From NCBI RefSeq assembly GCF_009914755.1, contig NC_060927.1: 64,000 bases of DNA, one strand, 5' to 3'. The stretch comes from the human T2T-CHM13v2.0 reference genome, Homo sapiens. Each line of letters begins with the position of its first letter. Position 1 is the stretch's first letter. The notes beneath the pieces were generated by a model. It did no database searches. It had not been told where the DNA came from and was given only the letters and a program-made list of their open reading frames with translations. Below are positions 55,160 to 64,000 of this stretch, piece by piece. The position numbers were made by a program, and so were the translations under genes.

Positions 55160-55548
55160 TATATTAGTTTTCTATTTCGCAGTAACAAATTACTACAAAC
55201 TTTGCCTCGTAAAATAACATCAGTTGATTATCTTACAGTTCTAAAGATCAAAAGTTCTGAAATCGAAGTGTCAGTAGGGCTGCATGTCTTCTAGAAACTC
55301 TAGGGAAGAATCCATTTCCCTGCCTTTCTTCATTTCCAGGGGCCATGCAGATTCTTTGGTTTATGGCTCCATCTTGCATTGTCAAAGTCAGCAGCAGAGT
55401 GTCTTCCGATCTCTCTCTGCTTCTGTACTTACATTATCTTTTGCGGCACTGAGCCTCCTGCCTTTCCCTTATCAGGACTTTGTGATTACATTGAGTCCAC
55501 TGAGATCACTTGGGGTAATCTCCCAATCTCGAGATCCTTTACATGTGT
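55160..55548 (-). mobile_element. MLT1D-like LTR, partial
   Basis: tattagttttctatt...gtaacaaattactacaaactt...atcttacagttct...ctctagggaagaatccatttccctgcct...gtgattacattgag...taatctccc. Confidence 0.85.
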
Positions 55549-56854
55549 AACAAAAAACGTTTTGAAATAATACTTCAGATATGTTACTGATGACCTTTTT
55601 ATGACCAGTTCCTTTCATGTCTCATTAGGTAGTTACTACACTCTCTTACAGATAGGGTAATGAAACAATTTTATGTTAAAACTTTGGGTTTCGGTTCCAA
55701 TAAATGTTCTTGAACATGCTTTGAGTAAGGTGAATAAGGTGTTTGAGAAAGAAAGCTTTGTTCTTGTCTTTATTTATAAAATATTCACTTTTAATATCAG
55801 GAACTAAATTGAAAATACTCAAAAGATGAAAAGTAATAATGATAATTGAAGAGTATAAAATGTCACAAGAAAAAGTTTTTCTACTTTTTTTGTGTAAATA
55901 TTATCCAATATGTTGTGGGAGAAAAAAGGATTACAGAAACATAATAAATGTTTAGTCTAGTCTTTCAAGAAGAGATATAATACTTAATGCTCTGGTCGGT
56001 GTATGGGCTTATAGTCAGGACTCAGGAAGTTATCAAATAAAAAAGCTCAAAATAAGTAAGGTGGGAAAAATATGAGAGTAGATGTAATATTTGGTTCACT
56101 GAAAGACTGTAGCAGGGAGTGATTGCAAAGAATCTCCAGGTGTATCATTATACCTGAATGCCTGTGCAGTAGTGATTGACTAAGGGAGCTGGGTAGTTTG
56201 GCCAAAGATGGAATTGGGTCTGTGGTAGTATCTAATCAAAAACAACAACAACAAAAACAAAAGGATGAAAGTGCATAGTTCATATTCTGGAAAAGGAAGA
56301 TGGAAGAGTGACTTGTGTGCATGTTATGTTTAGAAAGGACATTCCAGTGCCTCATCATGGATCTGTGCACAGTAGGTTTGGGTACAAGAATAAGTGGAGA
56401 TTTTACACATTAGTAAAGCCCACAGTGAATGAGAATTGGAAACTCTGGTCCAGACACATCTTTCTGATGCCAGAGCTACATGTAAGATCTTAGGGTCTGA
56501 ATCATATCTGGGATAGAATAAGGATAAAAAGGGGCAGAGAGGAAGACTTCTGAATTAATGGAGATTTTATAGAAGAGAAACTTGACAGTTGACTTTTGAT
56601 GACAAATATTAAAACCATTGAGTAAAATGAGAACTGAGAGCTTAGCATTTCTACAAAATTATACAGAAATTTATTTATTTTTTGCCAAACAGTTTTATTT
56701 TCTATCCCTGTAACATTTTATTTAATACACTAAGAAATGCTTTAAGGTAGATATAATTTTTATTTCAATTGTGATTTCCATTGAAACTTAGAGAACAAAC
56801 AACTGGTAAATGATGTTGGGGAACAAAATATCTTCTGCATTTCTGCACATCTTG

Positions 56855-57318
56855 TGTAGAGACATTGATAATTTTTGCTCCAGACTGTCTATTCAAGGAT
56901 ATTGGTATCACAAACAGCCTTGGAAAATAAAAAAAAAAAAAATCATCTTCTTTCAAGGCAGAGAGCAGATTTATTTTCAGGCTACAGTAATAAAGATAAT
57001 GTCTCTCTACAGGGCAAAGGTTGGGCAGGTTTATCAACAACCCTTCAAAAATAGGGGGCTATCTAAGCTCAGGTTTCCTCGACTGTACCACAAACCTGCT
57101 GTGCACGCAGCATCCACTGAGCCTTTCTGCCTGGCACCCATGCAACTTGAGGTCAAGAGGAACTGATACAAACATGAAGCTCATGATGCCTTCTATGCTA
57201 TGCTTAATAATCCTCTGTTTCTGACTCACAAGTTTTTAGTAATGTCTATGACACTGTGATAGGCTAACTTGTTAGCTTGCATACAGGGTAAAATTTCATA
57301 TCCTTCATCATTTTTAAA
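56855..57318 (+). mobile_element. LTR47-like solo LTR
   Basis: TGtagaga...taataaagataatgtctctct...gggcaaagg...ctaagctcagg...aggctaacttgttagcttgcatacagggtaaaatttcatatccttca. Confidence 0.65.
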
Positions 57319-57464
57319 AATGGAAGAAGTAATATTAGTTAGGACACTCTGATTCAGTAGCTCGCACTTGAAACCAAAAAAATCTGAATATTAAACAGTG
57401 TCTACTCAGGGAGTCAGCTAAAAATAAACTAGGGCAAATATAATGAGGAACCTTGCTGCTTCCC

Positions 57465-58165
57465 TTAGTGAGATCAAATTCTTGTCTTCCCAAGTTGACA
57501 GGTTCAATAATTTCTGTCCAAAAACCAAACCAGCACTAGACAGATTAACAGAAGAAAAAGCATAAAAATTTAATAACATGCAAGCTCACAGGTGTCATAC
57601 AAAGTATAAAACTCAAAGAAGGGCCAGATGATTGAAGCTTAAATATCTCTTCATAACGGAGTGGGAAATGGAAGATGTAGGCAATTTTTGAGGAAGAGTA
57701 AATGATTTTTAGGAGAAATAAATGAACTCACAGAACCCACAGTAGTCTGGGACAAAGTTCCTTTGGTCTCTGAGTGAGATAGCAACAAATTTTGGTAAAG
57801 CGAGAGGCAAAACTGTACTGGGGATAACGTTGTCTTATTATGAACTATCTCTCAGGTAAAAGAGCACAAAATAATAGATGAAAAATCTGCCCACGTGGGT
57901 GTTATTTGGTTATTGTTCTCCATGGTTAATATGACCTTAGACAGGTTATTGAAGGCAACTGTGTTTCTTTTGGAAAAACTTTCCTCAGTCAAATAAGGAA
58001 GCTTCAGAAAAAGTCCCTCCCTATGGATGGGACAGGGGAGAAACAAGGGAAGATGAGAGACCTTCATTTTGAGGCAGCTTCTAAGGCCTTTTAATTTTCT
58101 TTAAGTCAAAGTCCTCAGGATGCCAAAGGGCCGTGCTTTGGGGTTTTGTTTCCTGAGCCTCAAGA
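57465..58165 (-). mobile_element. ERV1/MER4-group solo LTR (MER34/MER39-like)
   Basis: agacagattaacagaagaaaaagcataaaaatttaataa...aactcaaagaagggccagatgattgaagctta...ctttggggttttgtttcctgagcctcaaga. Confidence 0.6.
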
Positions 58166-58354
58166 TGTGTGTCCTCTGGACCTATTCTCATCCTGTTATG
58201 ATGCAGCCATGCATAACTCCCAGTTTAAATGGTTATGTCTGTATGAAGAGAGACGAGGAAAGATTTGTGAGTCCATACTTATGCTGTAGCAATTATTCTT
58301 AACCTCGGATTCAAAATAAAATCATCAAAATATGTTAAAAAGTTGATATTTTTA

Positions 58355-61300
58355 TTTATTTATTTTTGCTTTTATAAATGTATCCTCTTTTTAATTTTTA
58401 ATTTTTCCATAAGTTACTAGGATACAGATGGTATTTGGTTATATGAGTAAGTTCTCTAGTGGCGATTTGTGAGATTTAGTGCACCCATCAACTGAGCAGT
58501 ATACACTGCACCCTATTTTAGTCTTTTATCCTCGCTCCCCTACCACCCTTTCCCCTAAGTCCCCAAAGTCTATTGTATTACTCTTATGCCTTTGTGTCCT
58601 CATAGCTTAGCTCCCACATATCAGTGAGAACATATGGTGTTTGATTTTCTATTCCTGAGTTACTTCTTTTAGAATAATAATCTCCAATCTCATCCAGGTC
58701 ACTAGAAATGCTGTTAATTCATTCCTTTTTATGGCAGAGTAGTAGTCTATATAATATATGATATAGACTACTATATATATCACAGTTCTTTATCCAACCA
58801 TTGACTAATGCACATTTGGGTTGGTTCCACGATTTTGAAATCGTAAATTGTGATGCTGTAAAAATGTTTGTGCAAGTATCTTTTTCTTATAATGACTTCT
58901 TTTCCTCTGGGTAGATACCTGGTAGTGGGATTGCTGGATCAAATGGTAGTTCTACTTTTAGTTCTTTAAGGAATCTCTACACTGTTTTTCATAGTGGCTG
59001 TACTAGTTTACATCCCACCAGCAGTGTAGAAGTGTTCCCTGCTTACCGCATCTACATCAATATCTACTGTTTTTTGATTTTTTTATTATGGCCATTCTTG
59101 CAGGAGTAAAGTGGCATCGTATTGTGGTTTAGATTTGCATTTCCTTGGTCATTAGTGATGTTGAGCATTTTTTCATGTTTGTTGGCCATTTGTATATCTT
59201 CTTTTGAGAACTGTCTATTCCTGTCCTTATCCCACTTTTGGATGGGATGTTTGTTTTTTTTCTTGCTGATTTGTTTGAGTTCGTTGTAGATTCTGGATAT
59301 TAGTCCTTTGTCAGATGTATAGATTCTGAAGATTTTCTCCCACTATGTGGGTTGTCTGTTTACTCTGCTGATTGCTCATTTTGTCATGCAAAACTTTTTA
59401 TTTTAATTAAGTCCCAACTATTTATCTTTGTTTTTATTGCTTTTGCTTTTAGGTTCTTGGTCATGAAATCCTTGCCTAAGCCAAGGTCTAGAAGTGTTTT
59501 TCCAATGTTACCTTCTAAATTTTCAGTTCCAGGTCTTAGATTTAAGCCTTTAATCCATCTCAAGTTGATTTTTGTGTAAGGTGAGAGATGAGGATCCAGG
59601 TTTAGTCTCCTACATGTGGTTTAGCCAATTATCCCAGCACCATTTGTTGAAAAGAGTGTCCTTTCCCCACTTTATGTTTTTGTTTGCTTTGTCAAAGATC
59701 ACTTGGTGGTAGGTATTTGGGTTTACTTCTGGATTCTTTATTCTGTTCCATTGGCTTATGTGCCTATTTTTATATCAGTACCACACTGTTTTGGTGACTA
59801 TGGTCTTATAGTATATTTTGAAATCTGGTAGTGTGATGCCTCCAGATTTGTTCTTTTTACTTTGTCTTGCTTTGGCTATGCAAGCTCTTTTTTGGTTCCA
59901 TATGAATTTTAGAATTGTTTTCTGTAATTCTGTGAAGAATGATGGTGATATTTTGATGGGGATTGCATTGAATTTGTAGATTGCCTTTGGCAGTATGGTC
60001 ATTTTCACAATATTGATTCTACCCATCTGTGAGCATGGAATGTGTTTCAATTTCTTTCTGTCATCTAGAATTTCTTTCAGCAGTGTTTTGTAGTTTTCTT
60101 TGTACAGGTCTTTTGCCTCATTGGTTAGGTATATTCCCAACTATTGTATTGTATTGTATTGTATTGTATTGTATTGTATTGTATTGTATTGTATTGTATT
60201 GTATTGTATTGTATTATATTGTATTGTATTGTATTGTATTGTATTTTGCAGCTATTATAAAAGGGGGTGAGTTCTTGATTTGATTATCTGCCTGGTTGCT
60301 ATTGGTGTATAGAAGAGCTACTGATTTGTGTACATTAATCTTGTATCCGGAAACTTTGCTGAATTCTTTTATCAGTTCTAGGAGCTTTCTGGAGGAATCT
60401 TTAGGATTTTCAAGGTAAACGATCATATTGTCAGCAAAGAGTGACAGTTTGACTTCCTCTTTACTGATTTGGATGCTCTTTATTTCTTTCTCTTTTCTGA
60501 TTGCTCTGGCTAGGACTTCCAGTACTATGTTGAAGAGGAGTGGTGAGAGTGGACATCCTTGTCTTGTTACAGTTCTCAGAGGGAATGCTTTCAACTTTTC
60601 CCCATTTAGTATTATTTTGACTGTGAGTTTGTCATAGATGGCTTTTATTATGTTGAGGTATGCCCCTTGTATGGTGATTTTGCTGAGAGTTTTAATCACA
60701 GAGAGATGCTGGATTTTGTCGAATGCTTTTTCTGCATCTATTGAGATGATCATGTGATTTTTGTTTTTGATTTTCTTTGATTCTGTTTATGTGGTGTATC
60801 ACATTTATTGGCATGTGTATGATAAACCATCCCTTCATCCCTGGTATGAAATCCACTTGATCATAGTGGATTATCTTTTTGATATGTTGTTGGATTCAGT
60901 TAGATAGTATTTTGTTAAGGATTTTAGCATCTATGTTCATCAAGGATATTGGTCTATAGTTTTCTTTTTTGGTTATGTCCTTTCCTGGTTTTGGTACTAG
61001 AGTGATGCTGGCTTCATAGAATGAATTAGGGAAGGTTTCATCTTTATCTTCTGGAATAGTGTCAAAAGGATTGGTACCAATTCTTTGAATGTCTGGTAGA
61101 ATTCTGCTGTGAATCCGACTAGTCCTGGACTTTTTTTTTGTTGGTAATTTTTTAACTACCATTTCAATCTCACTGCTTGTTATTGGTCTATTCAAGGTGT
61201 CTAATTCTTCCTGATATAATCTAGGAGGGTTGCATTTTTTCAGGAATTTTGTTTTTGCTTTTTAACTCATATTTTTCTTTATAGATCCTATGTGATATAT

Positions 61301-63578
61301 TCTTTAAAGAGGTTCTGTTTTGATGTGTTTCCAGGATTTGTATCAAGATTTAGAGCTCCTTTTAGCAGTTCTTTTAGTGGTGGCTTGGTAGTGGTGAATT
61401 CTCTCAGTATTTGCTTGTCTGAAAAAGACTGTATCTTTCCTTCATATGTGATGCTTAGTTTGCTGGATTCAACATTCTTGGCTAATAATGGTTTTGTTTG
61501 AGGAGGCTGAAGATAGGGCCCCAATTCTTTCTAGTTTTTAGGGTTTCTGCTGAGAAATCTGCTGCTAATCTGATAAGTTTTCCTTTATAGTTTACTTGGT
61601 ACTTTTTTCCCATAGCTCTTCAGATTCTTTCCTTTATCGTAACTTTAGAAAACCTGATAACAATGTGCCTAGGTGATGATCTATTTGTGATGAAGTTTCC
61701 AGGTGTTCTTTGTGCTTCTTGTATATGGATGTCTAGGTCTCTAGCAAGGCTAGGGAAGTTTTCCTCAATTATTTCCCCAAATATGTTTTCCAAACTTTTA
61801 GCTTTCTCTTCTTCCTCAGGAACATCGATTATTCTTAGGTTTGGTTGTTAACACAATCCCAGACTTCTTGAAGGCTTTGTTTATATTTCTTTGTCTTTGT
61901 TGAATTTGGTTAATTCAAAGACCTTGTCTTCGAGCTCTGAATTTCTTTCTTCTACTTGTTTAATTGTATTACTGAGACTTTGCAGATCATTTTGCATTTC
62001 TCTAAGTGTGTCCATTGTATCCTGAAGTTTTGATTGTTTTTTATTTATGCTATCTATTTCATTGAATATTTCTCCCTTCACTTCTTGTATTCTTTTTTGG
62101 ATTTCCTTGCATTGGGCTTCACCTTTCTGTAGTGCCTCCCTGATTAGCTTAATAACTAACATTCTGAATTCTTTTTCAGGTAAATCAGAGATTTCTTCTT
62201 GGTTTGGATCCATTGCTGGTGAACTAGGGTGATTTTTTGGTGGTGTTAAAGAGTCTTGTTTTGTCATATCACCAGAGTTGGTTTCCTGGTTTCTTCTCAT
62301 TTGGGTAGGCTCTGTCAGCAGGAAGGTCTAGGGTTGAATTTTGTTGTTCAGATCCTTTTGTCCCATGGGGTGTTCCCTTGATGTAATACTCTCCCCATTT
62401 TCCTATAGATGTAGCTTCCTGTGAGCTGAGCTGCAGTGATTGTTGTCCCTCTTCTGGGTCTAGCAGCCCAGCAAGTCTACTAGGCTCCAGGCTGGTACTG
62501 GGGATTGTCTGCACAGAGTCCTGTGATGTGAAACATCTATGAGTCTCTCAGCCATGCATACCAGCACCTGTTCCAGCAGAGGTGGCAAGGAGGTGAAATG
62601 GACTCTGTGAAGGTTCTTAGTTTTGGTGGTTTAATGCTCTATTTTTGTGCTGGTTGGCATCCTGCTAGGAGGTGGCACTCTCCAGACAGCATCAGCTGTG
62701 GTAGTATAGAGAGGAACTAGTGATGGGCAAGGCCCACAACTAAAACTCCCAAGATTACATGCCCTCTGTTTTCAGCTACCAGCATGAATATGAAAGGCCC
62801 ATCAGGTGGGGCAGGGCTAGGCATGTCCATGCTCAGACCCTCCTTGGGCAGGTCTTGCTGTGGCTGCTGTGGGGTATGGGGGTGATGCTCCCAGGTCAAT
62901 GGAATTGTGTACCTAGGAGGATTATGGCTTCCTCTGCTAATTCATGCAGGTTGTCAGGGAAGTGGGGGAAAGTGAACAGTCACGGGCCTCACCCAGCTCC
63001 CTTGCAAATCGAAGGGCCGGTCTCACTACCACTATGCTCCCCTAACAGCCCTAAGTCTGTTTCCAGGCAGTGGGTGAGCAGGGCTTGAGAACTTGCCCCA
63101 GGCTACCTGCCTCCTACCTGCAAAAAAAAAGTGCTTGGTGTTTCCCCTGCCTGTGGAGTCTGCACACCAGATTTACGCCCTCCCTTGAGTTCTGGCCGGG
63201 AGGCTTCTTTCCCAGTTCAAATTGTTAACTAAGTTCAACTGGAGACTACCATCTCCCTATGGTGTTTTCCCCTGCTCCTCTGGCTGTAATGGCCTGCTTG
63301 GGGTCCGAGTGAGCTCCCAGGGCCTTTCCTGCTGCTTCCTCTACCCCTGTATTTCACTCGGCTCTCTGAATTGACTCAGCTCCAGGTAAGGTGGGAAACT
63401 TCTCCCTTCAGTTTCTCTAGTCAAGCTGTGTGTTTGGGAGAGGAGGATGTCTCTCTTCCTCACTTCTGCAGTTGGGGAACTCACAGTATTTGGGGTGTCC
63501 CCCAGGTCCTGAAAGAGCAGTTTGTTTCCTTCGGAGGGTCTGTGGATCCTCTTGGGATTGCTGGTTTGTTCTTGCCAG
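58355..63578 (-). mobile_element. L1PB1-like LINE-1, nearly full length, with internal deletion of the ORF2 endonuclease region
   Basis: L1PB 3'UTR at ~58400, ORF2 RT fragments (59775-61195), ORF1 fragments (61288-62300), 5'UTR to 63578. Perfect 16-bp TSD aaagttgatattttta (58339-58354 / 63579-63594). Confidence 0.93.
60142..60245. repeat. (TATTG)n pentanucleotide microsatellite, ~21 units, one TATTA interruption
   Basis: Seen directly, inside L1 ORF2. Confidence 0.97.
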
Positions 63579-63710
63579 AAAGTTGATATTTTTAACACTC
63601 CCCAGGCTAATATAATATGCATCCAGCGTTAAGTACCACTGTGATACAGCAATAAGGCAGGAAGTCTTTCTTGGGGAAATCATAAGGAACAGAAGTCTAG
63701 AGTCTAAATT

Positions 63711-63919
63711 CTATTCTGACAATATAGTGGCTAGTCATCACATGTGGTTACATAAATTTTAATTTAAATGAATGTAATTAAAATTTAAAATTGTACTACT
63801 TAATCATTCTGGTCACATTCTGCATACTCAGCAAGCACATGGAGCTAGTGACTATAGTATTGAACAACTTAGATATCTCATATTTCCATCATCACAGAAC
63901 ATTCAATTGGACAGTGCTG
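63711..63919 (-). mobile_element. MER3-like hAT-Charlie element
   Basis: gacaatatagtggctagtcatcacatgtggtta...gctagtgactatagtattgaaca...atttccatcatcacagaacattcaattggacagtgctg. Confidence 0.8.
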
Positions 63920-64000
63920 GTATGTTAGGTACAGAGCTCTGTCCCTGCATGACTAGTCAAACTTAGAGGCTTTAGATTTGGTTTTATTAAGACAGCCAAT

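Noticed and set aside
60029-60283. Protein with (CIVLY)n repeat
   Set aside because: Translation of the TATTG microsatellite on the L1 antisense strand.

Overview
This is primate (very probably human or great-ape) genomic DNA. It is AT-rich, CpG-depleted and dominated by interspersed repeats, which fits a gene desert or a very large intron. I cannot support any host protein-coding gene, RNA gene, CRISPR array or prokaryote-type system. Every ORF in the track with a recognisable protein comes from a retroelement. Main landmarks: (1) a full-length, TSD-flanked L1PA2-like LINE-1 (41961-~47996, +) with dead ORF1/ORF2 but an intact antisense ORF0, nested in an MST LTR that is itself nested in a MER58 DNA transposon; (2) a 5'-deleted HERV-L provirus (26221-~29328, -) with RT-end/RNase H/integrase/dUTPase remnants; (3) a near-full-length L1PB1-like element (58355-63578, -) with a perfect 16-bp TSD, a deleted endonuclease region and an internal (TATTG)n tract; (4) a twin-primed L1PA16-like insertion; (5) nine Alus, two THE1 solo LTRs, several MaLR/ERVL relics and many L2/MIR/hAT fragments. 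I did not find a new biological system. The best unexplained signals are mutational fossils: a ~190-bp locally templated insertion inside an MLT2 LTR microsatellite, a fold-back inversion replacing an Alu linker, a duplicated MaLR internal 3' end, a 52-bp minisatellite born in an LTR, short candidate 3' transductions, and a hairpin centred on a perfect NF-kB palindrome. All subfamily names come from recalled consensus features, were judged by eye, and need RepeatMasker/Dfam confirmation. Boundaries of old repeats are approximate.
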